Shown: positions 26,878 through 35,299 of the stretch, piece by piece
Numbering within the stretch: position 1 is the stretch's first letter
Layout of the letters: every line of letters begins with the position of its first letter
Origin: Gaiellaceae bacterium
GTDB taxonomy: Bacteria; Actinomycetota; Thermoleophilia; Gaiellales; Gaiellaceae
Length of the DNA: 64,000 nucleotides
NCBI GenBank assembly: GCA_036260475.1
Contig: DATAMX010000060.1
Location: 2,010-66,009, forward strand
Direction of reading: 5' to 3'
Made by a program: the position numbers and the translations under genes
Notes under the pieces: generated by a model
What the model was told of the DNA's origin: nothing
Seen by the model: only the letters and a program-made list of their open reading frames with translations
The model's database searches: none

Positions 26878-28980
26878 ATGCTCGAGGCACTCGCTTCATT
26901 CCTCCATCGCCGGCGACGGTCCGTTCTGGTCGTCGCGCTCGTCGGTATCGGCGCCGCCGGGGTGTTCGGCCTCGGCGTCGCGAAACGGCTGAGCCCGTAC
27001 GGCGACACCGACCCGGCGACGCAGTCCGCTCAGGCGACGAATCGCTTCGAGGCGGCAAGCGGCCGGCAGATCGACCCGGGCGTCGTCGCGCTCGTGACTC
27101 CCGGCCACCGGCGTCGTGTGCTCCAGGTCGAGGCGCAGCTGCGCGCGAGTCGTGACGTCGCGGCGGTGTCGAGCTACTACGACAGCCACGACCCGGCGAC
27201 GATCTCGCGCGACGGCCGCTCCAAGTACGTCGTCGCGTATTTCCGGCCGGTCTCGGACTCGAGGATCAAGGACGACGCGACACTGCTGCAGAAGAAGTTC
27301 GCGGGACAGCGGGACGTGCAGCTCGGCGGTGCGGCGATCGCCGACGCCGAGGTGAACACACAGGTCGGCAACGACCTTGCCCGAGCCGAGCTGTTCGCGT
27401 TCCCGTTCATCTTCCTGCTCTCGCTCGTCTTCTTCCGCTCGCTCGTCGCGTCACTGCTGCCGCCGTTCCTGGGCGGGCTCGCGATTCTCGTGACGTTCTT
27501 CGCGCTACGGATCGTCTCGAGCTTCATGGACCTGTCGGTGTTCGCGCTCAACGGTGTCACGGGGCTCGGGCTCGGGCTGGCCATCGACTACAGCCTGTTC
27601 ATGGTCTCGCGCTACCGCGAGGAGGCCGTCGACGGCTTCGACGTCGGCGCACTTCGGCGCACGCTCGCGACGTCGGGGCGAACGATCGTTTTCAGCTCGC
27701 TGACGGTGGCGGCCGCGCTCGCCTCGCTGGCGGTCTTCCCGCAGCTCTTCCTGCGCTCGATGGGAATCGCCGGCGCCATCGTCGCGGTGGTCGCGGCAGC
27801 ACTCGCGCTCGTCGTGCTGCCTGCCTTGCTGGCGCTGCTCGGGCCGCGCGTCAACGCGCTCGCACCGCGGCGGCTGCAGCGCGCCGCGGATCGAGACGCC
27901 CGACCCGACGAGTCGGGCTACTGGTACCGGCTCTCGCAGTTCGTGATCGGCCGCCCCCGCCGCATCGCGTTGATCGGTGCGGGGGCCCTGATCGCCCTCG
28001 GCGTGCCGTTCGCGTCGACCAAGTTCCTGCCTGCCGACGCGTCGACGCTTCCGGCGAGTGCCAGCGCCTACCAGGTCGACGCGGCACTCCGCAGCGAGTT
28101 CCCGCCCGGCCGGACCGCGCCGCTCGAGGTCGTCGTCGGCGCACCCGCCGGGTCGAAGCAGGTGTCGGCGCTGGCCGAGCTGATTCGCGCGCTGCCAGAC
28201 GTCTCGGCCGTGGCCGCCGCGAGGCGTGCGGGCCCCGGACTCTCGCTCATCGACGTCGCACCGTCGACGCCGACCTACAGCTCCGCCAGCCGACAGCTCG
28301 TCCACGCGGTGCGCGCGCTGCACCCGCCGTTCTCTCTCGGCGTCGCGGGCGACACCGCCGGCTTCGTCGACCTGGAGCACAGTCTCGGGACGCACCTGCC
28401 GTTCGTGCTGGCGCTCGTCTTCGCCTCGACGCTCCTCGTCCTGTTCCTGATGACCGGTTCGGTGACGCTGGGTCTGACCGCGACGCTGATGAACGCGCTG
28501 AGCCTCAGCGCGGTCTTCGGCTTCCTCGTGCTGGTCTTCCAGCGCGGGCACCTGCAAGGGCTGCTCTCCTACCACAGCACCGGCGCGCTCGATTCGACGC
28601 AGCCCATCCTGTTGTTCGCGATCGGCTTCGGTCTCGCGACCGACTACGGGGTGTTCCTGCTGTCGCGGATCAAGGAAGCGCACGACAGCGGTATTCCCAC
28701 GAGCAGAGCCGTCGCGATCGGCCTCGAGCGCACCGGACGAATCGTCACCGCGGCCGCGCTCCTCTTCGCGGTCGCGATCGGAGCGTTCACGACCTCGAAG
28801 CTGATCTTCATCAAGGAGCTCGGGCTCGGCACCGCGCTCGCGGTCCTCGTCGACGCATCCGTCATCCGTGCGTTCCTCGTCCCTTCGCTCATGGGGATCC
28901 TCGGCGAGTTGAACTGGTGGGCGCCACGCCGGCTGCGCCGGGTGCGGCGGCCTGAGGCACAACCGGCGGTTTCCGAATGA
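26878..28980 (+). CDS. MMPL-family (RND superfamily) transporter
   Basis: 700 aa with two 6-TM bundles separated by soluble loops. Contains the typical GLGLAIDYSLF and GLATDYGVFLLSRIKE motifs. Confidence 0.9.
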   Translation: MLEALASFLHRRRRSVLVVALVGIGAAGVFGLGVAKRLSPYGDTDPATQSAQATNRFEAASGRQIDPGVVALVTPGHRRRVLQVEAQLRASRDVAAVSSYYDSHDPATISRDGRSKYVVAYFRPVSDSRIKDDATLLQKKFAGQRDVQLGGAAIADAEVNTQVGNDLARAELFAFPFIFLLSLVFFRSLVASLLPPFLGGLAILVTFFALRIVSSFMDLSVFALNGVTGLGLGLAIDYSLFMVSRYREEAVDGFDVGALRRTLATSGRTIVFSSLTVAAALASLAVFPQLFLRSMGIAGAIVAVVAAALALVVLPALLALLGPRVNALAPRRLQRAADRDARPDESGYWYRLSQFVIGRPRRIALIGAGALIALGVPFASTKFLPADASTLPASASAYQVDAALRSEFPPGRTAPLEVVVGAPAGSKQVSALAELIRALPDVSAVAAARRAGPGLSLIDVAPSTPTYSSASRQLVHAVRALHPPFSLGVAGDTAGFVDLEHSLGTHLPFVLALVFASTLLVLFLMTGSVTLGLTATLMNALSLSAVFGFLVLVFQRGHLQGLLSYHSTGALDSTQPILLFAIGFGLATDYGVFLLSRIKEAHDSGIPTSRAVAIGLERTGRIVTAAALLFAVAIGAFTTSKLIFIKELGLGTALAVLVDASVIRAFLVPSLMGILGELNWWAPRRLRRVRRPEAQPAVSE

Positions 28981-29876
28981 GCGACGCCGTAATCGAGGTA
29001 CGCGGTCTGCGGAAGAGCTACGGAGCCCACGAGGCGGTGGCCGGCATCGACCTCGACGTGCGCCGTGGCGACGTCTTCGCCTTCCTCGGCCCGAACGGCG
29101 CCGGAAAGACGACGACCGTCGAGATCCTCGAGGGCTTCCGCTCGCGCAGCGCAGGCGACGTGCGTGTGCTCGGTATCGATCCCGCCGACGCGGGACCGGC
29201 TTGGCGAAACCGCGTCGGCTGCGTGCTCCAGGAGTCCGCCGTCGAGCCCGGACTGACGGTGCGCGAATGCCTCGCGCTGTACGCCGGCTACTACGAGCGG
29301 CCGAGGGACATCGACGAGACGATTGCCCTCGTCGGATTGGACGAGAAGGTCGACGCGCCCGGGGAGCATCTGTCCGGCGGGCAGCGCCGCCGGCTGGACG
29401 TCGGCCTGGCGCTGATAGGCGACCCCGAGCTCATCTTCCTCGACGAGCCGACCACCGGCTTCGATCCGTCGGCGCGGCGGCAGGCATGGAGCGTGATCGC
29501 CGGCCTGCGCGAGCTCGGGAAGACCGTGTTCCTGACGACGCACTACATGGACGAGGCGGAGCACCTCGCCGACCGCATCGCCGTCATCGCCGGCGGACGG
29601 ATGGTCGCCGCCGGGACGTCGCGCGCGCTCGGAGGGCGCGAGCAGATGCCGGCCCGCATCTCGTTCGCCCTGCCCGAAGGGGTCGACCCGGAGGAGCTTC
29701 CCCTGCCGGCGACCATGGACGGCGACCGCGTCGCGATCGAGGAGGCGCACCCGCTTTCCGCGGTGAAGACCCTCGCCGACTGGGCGCTCGCCCGCGGCGT
29801 CGATCTCCCCGATCTCGACGTGCGCCGGCCCTCGCTCGAAGACGTGTACCTGCACCTGACGGGAGGGCCGGCATGA
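28977..29876 (+). CDS. ABC transporter ATP-binding protein (DrrA/ABC-2 type)
   Basis: Walker A GPNGAGKTT, signature LSGGQRRRLDVGLAL and Walker B IFLDEPT. ATGA overlap with the MMPL gene. Confidence 0.92.
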   Translation: MSDAVIEVRGLRKSYGAHEAVAGIDLDVRRGDVFAFLGPNGAGKTTTVEILEGFRSRSAGDVRVLGIDPADAGPAWRNRVGCVLQESAVEPGLTVRECLALYAGYYERPRDIDETIALVGLDEKVDAPGEHLSGGQRRRLDVGLALIGDPELIFLDEPTTGFDPSARRQAWSVIAGLRELGKTVFLTTHYMDEAEHLADRIAVIAGGRMVAAGTSRALGGREQMPARISFALPEGVDPEELPLPATMDGDRVAIEEAHPLSAVKTLADWALARGVDLPDLDVRRPSLEDVYLHLTGGPA

Positions 29877-30631
29877 TCCTCCACCAGTTCCGGTACGACC
29901 TGCTGGCCTTCTTCCGAAACCGGCAACTGCGCTTCTTCACGGCCGTCCTGCCGGTCGTCTTCCTCGTCATCTTCGTCAGCGTCTTCGGCAACCGGTCGCT
30001 CGGGCACGGCGTGAAGGCGTCGACGTATTACGTGCCGGGGCTGGCGGCGCTCGGCGTCGTCTCCGGCTCGTTCCTCAACCTGGTGATCTCCGTGACGGCG
30101 CAGCGCGAGTCGGGAGTGCTGAAGCGCAGGCGCGCGACACCGGTGCCCCCGTCGGCGCTCATCGCCGGCCGCGCGCTGGCCGCGATCGTCGTCGCCCTGT
30201 TCGTCATGGCCGTGCTGCTGATCATCGGCCGCTTCGCCTTCGGCGTGACGCTGGCCGCCTCGTCGCTGCCGAGCGTGACCGTGACCGGAGTCGTCGGCGC
30301 GATGAGCTTCAGCTGTCTCGCCTACGCATTGAGCACGGCGATCAAGGACGCCGACGCGGCGCAGCCGATGGTGCAGGCGATCATGCTGCCGCTCTACTTC
30401 ATCTCCGGCGTATTCGTCCCGAACGTCAACCTGCCGCATCGGCTCCGCGACGTCGCCGCGGTCTTCCCCGTGCAGCACCTCGCCGACGGGCTCCACCGCG
30501 CCTTCGGTCCGACGACGCACGGCGCCGGCTTCGCGTGGGCGGACCTCGGCGTCCTCGTCGCGTGGGGCGCCGCCGGGCTCGTGATCGCCTTGCGCCGCTT
30601 TGCCTGGACCCCGTCTGCCCGAGCCGCTTGA
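29873..30631 (+). CDS. ABC-2 type transporter permease
   Basis: 252 aa with six hydrophobic segments. ATGA overlap with the ATPase gene. Confidence 0.85.
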   Translation: MILHQFRYDLLAFFRNRQLRFFTAVLPVVFLVIFVSVFGNRSLGHGVKASTYYVPGLAALGVVSGSFLNLVISVTAQRESGVLKRRRATPVPPSALIAGRALAAIVVALFVMAVLLIIGRFAFGVTLAASSLPSVTVTGVVGAMSFSCLAYALSTAIKDADAAQPMVQAIMLPLYFISGVFVPNVNLPHRLRDVAAVFPVQHLADGLHRAFGPTTHGAGFAWADLGVLVAWGAAGLVIALRRFAWTPSARAA

Positions 30632-30641
30632 AAGGAGCGAC

Positions 30642-30812
30642 ATGACCGACGCGATCGAGATCCGCCCCGGCACCTGCCCGACACACGGCGCCGTTCAGGC
30701 CGGGCGGCCGATGCCCCGGCCGAGCTGGCCATTCGCCGTCTACGCGATCCGGCGGATGCTCGCGGGGAGACGCCCGTACCGCTGCCCGGAGTGCGGTGCT
30801 GCCGTGGCGTAG
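30642..30812 (+). CDS. Small Cys/His-knuckle (zinc-ribbon-like) hypothetical protein
   Basis: AAAGGAG RBS 5 nt before the ATG. 56 aa with CPTH...CPEC. Confidence 0.5.
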   Translation: MTDAIEIRPGTCPTHGAVQAGRPMPRPSWPFAVYAIRRMLAGRRPYRCPECGAAVA

Positions 30813-30867
30813 ACGTGGCAGACGTCTCACCGCGCCTCCGCGTGCGCCAGAGCCGACGAGCTGCTGC

Positions 30868-31192
30868 CACGCCGTACGCGTGGTCGCCGACGGCGAGGCG
30901 CTGCTGTCACCCTCGATCAGGCGGCGGCTGATCGCCGACTACGCGCGCCGTCCGCCGGCGAGCGAGCAGCCGGCCGCGCTCGCCGAGCTGACACCGCGCG
31001 AGCTCGAGGGTGCTACGCCTGTTCGCGCGAGGCCTCTCGAACGGAGAGATCTCGCGCGAGCTCGTGCTCGGCGAGGCGACCGTGAAGACCCACGTCGCCC
31101 GCGTCTTCCAGAAGCTCGACCTGCACGACCGGGCGCAAGCGGTCGTGCTCGCCTACGAGACCGGGCTCGTCATCCCCGGCGAAGCCGCATAG
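30868..31192 (+). pseudogene. Relic of a NarL/LuxR-type response regulator (receiver domain missing, +1 frameshift)
   Basis: AVRVVADGEALLSPSIRRRLIADY...LTPRELE is read in one frame. It continues as (V)LRLFARGLSNGEISRELVLGEATVKTHVARVFQKLDLHDRAQAVVLAY after an extra G at about 31009. No receiver domain is encoded upstream. Confidence 0.75.
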
Positions 31193-31226
31193 GCGGAGCC
31201 GCGCCCTTCCGACGCCGGCGCAGTTC

Positions 31227-32144
31227 TCACGGACGAATGCGAATGATCGTCTTTCCGACGACCCTGTGGGTCGGGTTGAGGGCGGCGACGGCATCGCCGA
31301 GGGTCGAGACGTTGCCGATGTTCGTTCGCAGTCGTCCGTCCCGCACCCGCTGGACGACTTCACCGAGCTGCTCACGATCGGACTCCACAACGAAGTCGAT
31401 CGCGAGACCGTCGGCCGGCCGCGCCTCCGGCGGCCCGACGACGGACACCATCGTTCCTCCGGCCCGGATCAGACCCGCGGACCGCTTCCCGATGTCGCCG
31501 CCGATGACGTCGAAAACCAGGTCGACGCCGCCCACGTCCTCGAGGGCGTCGTTCTCGAGGTCGACGAACTCGTTCGCGCCGAAGTCGAGCGCCGTCTGGC
31601 GGTCGGCGGCGCGTCCGGTGCCGATGACGTAGGCGCCGGCCTCTCGCGCGAGCTGCGTCACCATCGACCCGACTGCGCCGGCCGCGCCGTGGGCGAGGAC
31701 GCTCTGCCCCGCTCGAAGGCGGCCGTGCTGGAACAGTCCCTGCCACGCTGTGAGGCCCGCGACCGGCAGGCTCGCCGCCACGGTGAAGTCGACGTCGCCC
31801 GGCAAGGGCGCAAGGTTGCGTGCCTCGACGGCCGCGTACTCGGCCAGGGTGCCGTCGCGATACCAGTCGGTGAGACCGAACACGCGCTGACCGACCGACA
31901 GTCCCGTCGTGCCATAGCCGAGAGCGGTGACCACTCCGGCCAGCTCGTGCCCGGGGATCACCGGTGTTCGGTCACGATCGAGGCGATCAACCCAGGTCGA
32001 GGGCCACTCCATCTCAGTCGGGACGAATCCCGACGCATGAGTCTCGACAACGACATCGTTTATCGCCGCCTGCGACCCGGGCCGCTCCACGAGCTTCATC
32101 CCCGCTGTTCCCGCAGCCTGGTCCGTCACCACGATCGCCTTCAT
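31227..32144 (-). CDS. NADPH:quinone oxidoreductase-like medium-chain dehydrogenase/reductase
   Basis: MKAIVV...PGHELAGVV and the nucleotide-binding motif AHGAAGAVGSMVTQLA. 305 aa. Confidence 0.88.
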   Translation of the reverse strand: MKAIVVTDQAAGTAGMKLVERPGSQAAINDVVVETHASGFVPTEMEWPSTWVDRLDRDRTPVIPGHELAGVVTALGYGTTGLSVGQRVFGLTDWYRDGTLAEYAAVEARNLAPLPGDVDFTVAASLPVAGLTAWQGLFQHGRLRAGQSVLAHGAAGAVGSMVTQLAREAGAYVIGTGRAADRQTALDFGANEFVDLENDALEDVGGVDLVFDVIGGDIGKRSAGLIRAGGTMVSVVGPPEARPADGLAIDFVVESDREQLGEVVQRVRDGRLRTNIGNVSTLGDAVAALNPTHRVVGKTIIRIRP

Positions 32145-32269
32145 CGTTCTCCTTCTTCGTCGAGTTTCTCGGCTCCAGCCGATTGGGACAGCACCTACCC
32201 GAGAAGCTCATCGGTCAGGCTTCGTTATGGTCCCGCCTCGCCGCAGGAACGACCAGGGGGAATGCCGCT

Positions 32270-34099
32270 ATGAGGAAGTCCGCGCTCGCGGTCGCGCTCG
32301 TCGCGCTCGCCTTTGCGCTCGCCGGGCCGGGGTCGGCAGCCGCCGCGCCGCCACCGTTCGGGCCGAACGTCGTCGTGCTCACACCGTCGATGCCGCAGTC
32401 TCAGATCCAGGCGACGCTCGACGCGATCTCCACGCAGCAAGTGTCGAACCAGTTCGGCTCGCAGCGTTACGCGGTCTTGTTCGAGCCGGGGACGTACGGC
32501 AGTGCGCAGAGTCCTCTCGTGTTCCAGCTCGGCTACTACACGGAGGTCGCCGGGCTGGGTGCGACGCCGAGCAGGGTCGTGATCAACGGGGCCGTCGACG
32601 TCTTCAACCAGTGCGACGGCTCGGGCCCGTGCGACGGTCTGAACAACTTCTGGCGATCGCTCTCGAACTTGACGCTGAACGTGACGCTGCCCGGGCAGCC
32701 GCCGGCATACGCGCCGGAGAACGGCGAGGACGACGGCTGCAAGAACTCGAACGACCTCTTCGGTGTCTCACAGGCGTCGCCGGTGCGCAGCGTGATCGTC
32801 AACGGCGCGCTGATCCTGCAGGACTACTGCAACCGTGGGTTCGTGAGCGGCGGGTTCTTCGCCAACGACGAGCTCAATGGGTTCGTCGGCAACTTCGGCC
32901 AGCAGCAGTACTTCACGCGCAACAGCAACGTCGGCCAGTGGTCGAACGCCGTCTGGAACCAGGTCTTTCTCGGAGACAACGGCGCGCCCGCGACCGCCTT
33001 CGGGCCCGGCCAGGGCCAGTACACGAACGTGCCGTCCGCGCGCGTCTCGCAAGAGCCGCCGTTCCTGACCACGGATGGCGCCGGCACGTGGAGCGTCTTC
33101 GTTCCGGCCGTCCGGCACGACGCGGTCGGCCCGAACTACGCGGGAGGCTCGGAGATCGGCACCTCGATCCCGATCAGCCGCTTCTTCGTCGCAAGTCCGA
33201 CGACGCCGGTGGCGTCGATCAACGCGGCGCTCGCGGACGGCCAGGACCTCATCCTGACGCCGGGCGTCTACGAGCTCCCGCAGCCGATCGAGGTCGTGAG
33301 CCCGAACACCGTGGTGCTCGGGCTCGGGTTCGCGACGCTGATCCCGACGAACGGCAACGCCGCGCTCGAGACATCGAACGTTCCCGGGATCAAGGTGTCG
33401 GGCCTCATCGTGGACGCAGGGCCGATGAGCTCCATGGCCCTCGTGCAGATCGGCGGCAAGAGCGCCGGCGGCACCCGCGACCCGAACGACCCGACGCTCC
33501 TCTCCGACGTCTTCTTCCGCATCGGAGGCGCCGAAGCCGGCCGGGCGACAACGAGCCTCGTCGTGAACGCCGACAACGCGATCCTCGACGACGTCTGGGC
33601 CTGGCGCGCCGACCACGGCACCGGCGTCGGCTGGAGCAACAACACGGCGGACACGGGCGTCGTCATCAACGGCGACAACGTCGCTGCGTATGGGCTGTTC
33701 GTCGAGCACTATCAGAAGTTCGAGGTGATCTGGAACGGTCAGAACGGCGAAGACGTCTTCTTCCAGAACGAGATGCCGTACGACCCGCCGTCGCAGGCGG
33801 CGTGGATGTCGAGCCCCACCGTCGACGGCTACGCCGCGTTCCTCGTGTCGCCGAACGTCACGAGCTTCCAGGGCTACGGCATGGGCAGCTATTCGTTCTT
33901 CAACCAGGGCGTCCCGATCTACGCGGCGCAGGCGTTCCAGGCCCCGACGACGCCCGGCGTCCAGTTCCACGACCTGCTCACCGTGTTCCTCGATGCGACA
34001 CACGGCCAGGGCGGAATCCTCTCCGTCATCGACGGCGTGGGCGGACCGTCCACCGCTGCGAACGCCGACCAGCCCGTGGACGTCGTGAGCTATCCGTAG
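32270..34099 (+). CDS. Secreted right-handed beta-helix (pectate-lyase-fold) protein, putative glycan-active enzyme
   Basis: Signal peptide MRKSALAVALVALAFALAGPGSAAA. Repetitive beta-helix-like segments (…VSGLIVDAG…, NAILDDVWAWRADHG, VVINGDNVAAYGLFVEHY). The specific family was not identified by eye. Confidence 0.7.
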   Translation: MRKSALAVALVALAFALAGPGSAAAAPPPFGPNVVVLTPSMPQSQIQATLDAISTQQVSNQFGSQRYAVLFEPGTYGSAQSPLVFQLGYYTEVAGLGATPSRVVINGAVDVFNQCDGSGPCDGLNNFWRSLSNLTLNVTLPGQPPAYAPENGEDDGCKNSNDLFGVSQASPVRSVIVNGALILQDYCNRGFVSGGFFANDELNGFVGNFGQQQYFTRNSNVGQWSNAVWNQVFLGDNGAPATAFGPGQGQYTNVPSARVSQEPPFLTTDGAGTWSVFVPAVRHDAVGPNYAGGSEIGTSIPISRFFVASPTTPVASINAALADGQDLILTPGVYELPQPIEVVSPNTVVLGLGFATLIPTNGNAALETSNVPGIKVSGLIVDAGPMSSMALVQIGGKSAGGTRDPNDPTLLSDVFFRIGGAEAGRATTSLVVNADNAILDDVWAWRADHGTGVGWSNNTADTGVVINGDNVAAYGLFVEHYQKFEVIWNGQNGEDVFFQNEMPYDPPSQAAWMSSPTVDGYAAFLVSPNVTSFQGYGMGSYSFFNQGVPIYAAQAFQAPTTPGVQFHDLLTVFLDATHGQGGILSVIDGVGGPSTAANADQPVDVVSYP

Positions 34100-34111
34100 G
34101 CGAAAGACGCG

Positions 34112-34145
34112 CGGCGGGGCTCCTTCGGAGGAAGGAGCCCCGCCG
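34112..34145. terminator. Perfect 15-bp hairpin between convergent genes (bidirectional terminator candidate)
   Basis: CGGCGGGGCTCCTTC-GGAG-GAAGGAGCCCCGCCG lies 12 nt after the plus-strand stop and 4 nt before the minus-strand stop. Confidence 0.7.
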
Positions 34146-34149
34146 GGAC

Positions 34150-34458
34150 TCAGTGCGGGACGACCAGCACGTCGATCGGGAAGTACTGCGGCCCTCCGCC
34201 TTCAGGAGGTGGGCCGCCGAGCACCTCTCCGAGCGCCGGCCCGAGCTTCTGCTCCATGAAGCGCTCGAAGGCCTCTCGTGACTCCCAGATGTCATAGACG
34301 TAGTAGCCCTGCTCACCCTGGCCGGCACTGTGCGCGATCAGGCCCTCCGGGGCCTCGTCGTCCCGCATCGGCGCAGGGTGACCGAACATCTTCTCGGTGA
34401 CCGCGTCGTAGGTCGCCTTCGTGAACTCCGGTGCTGCTGTCAGGACTCCGACCGCCAT
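34150..34458 (-). CDS. Small ABM-like (dimeric alpha/beta-barrel) protein, paralog of 38419..38718
   Basis: 102 aa sharing ...Y.DVWES.EA.E.F....L.P... with the ORF at 38419. High GC3. Confidence 0.7.
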   Translation of the reverse strand: MAVGVLTAAPEFTKATYDAVTEKMFGHPAPMRDDEAPEGLIAHSAGQGEQGYYVYDIWESREAFERFMEQKLGPALGEVLGGPPPEGGGPQYFPIDVLVVPH

Positions 34459-34544
34459 CCCGCCTCCTCGTCATTCCGTGGACGCCCGATTCTAGGTCGA
34501 GCGCCCGCAGGACGGGCCCCCGGTGCTCCCGATCCGGCCGAGTG

Positions 34545-34817
34545 TCAGCGCGGCGGCATGAAGCGCTCGATCGCCTCGCGCACGTCCCGTTCGAGTGCGG
34601 CAATCGTGCGTGGATCCTGGACCACCCGCCACGCGAGCCGCTCGCTGCCGAGACGGCGCACGTAGGGATCGTCGAGAATGGAGGACAGCGGTCGTCCGGC
34701 ACGGTGTTGCGTGACGATGTAGCCACGCAGATGGGCTTCCCGGAAGGGCCGGCGGCCGAAGAAGAGGTACGGATTGCCCCGAAAGCCGCCGCCTCTCCGG
34801 AGCGCGTGGAATAACAT
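34545..34817 (-). CDS. Hypothetical protein (possibly leaderless)
   Basis: 90-aa ORF with GC3 about 79%, lower than its neighbours. A TAGAAT -10-like box lies 9 nt upstream of the ATG and no SD is present. Confidence 0.45.
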   Translation of the reverse strand: MLFHALRRGGGFRGNPYLFFGRRPFREAHLRGYIVTQHRAGRPLSSILDDPYVRRLGSERLAWRVVQDPRTIAALERDVREAIERFMPPR

Positions 34818-34826
34818 CGTACTACG

Positions 34827-34832
34827 ATTCTA
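34827..34832 (-). promoter_or_regulatory. -10-like hexamer TAGAAT for a putative leaderless transcript
   Basis: The minus strand reads TAGAAT-CGTAGTACG-ATG inside a local AT-rich patch. Confidence 0.3.
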
Positions 34833-34895
34833 CCGGATCCCGGCGCGACGAAACGTCCTCTGTCCGCGCCGCCCGGGCCGGCGACTGAAGGACCT

Positions 34896-35180
34896 CTACC
34901 CGGCGCCGCGCGCGTCCGGGCCTGCCTTCTCGCCGAGCGTGCCCGCGCGAATCGTCGCGGCCATCGCTCTCGAGTCCTCCCGATAGGTGGAGCCGTCCTC
35001 GAACTCGATCACGGGATACAACCTCTGCCCCGAGATCCGCTGCAGCTCCGAGCGCCGGCCGGGGCGCATCGGCCCCTTGATCGTCTGGTAGTCGATCCCC
35101 TGCTCGTCCAACGCCTGCTGCACGCGCCAGCACGGACCGGCCTTCCAGGGCGTCGAGCAGCGGTGCAGCTTGACCGACAA
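34896..35180 (-). CDS. Glutaredoxin/GST-N-like thioredoxin-fold protein
   Basis: VKLHRCSTPWKAGPCWRVQQALDEQGIDYQTIKGP...YPVIEFEDGSTYREDS. TTG start as given by the track. Confidence 0.7.
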   Translation of the reverse strand: MSVKLHRCSTPWKAGPCWRVQQALDEQGIDYQTIKGPMRPGRRSELQRISGQRLYPVIEFEDGSTYREDSRAMAATIRAGTLGEKAGPDARGAG

Positions 35181-35299
35181 CGTGGCCGAACGCTACCCGT
35201 CGGGCCGCAGTCCGTTTTCGATCCACGCAACGCGGGAAGCCTGCCGAGGCACAAACCGGAGCCGGGCGGATCCGGACGACTCGGAGGAGGAACGACACG

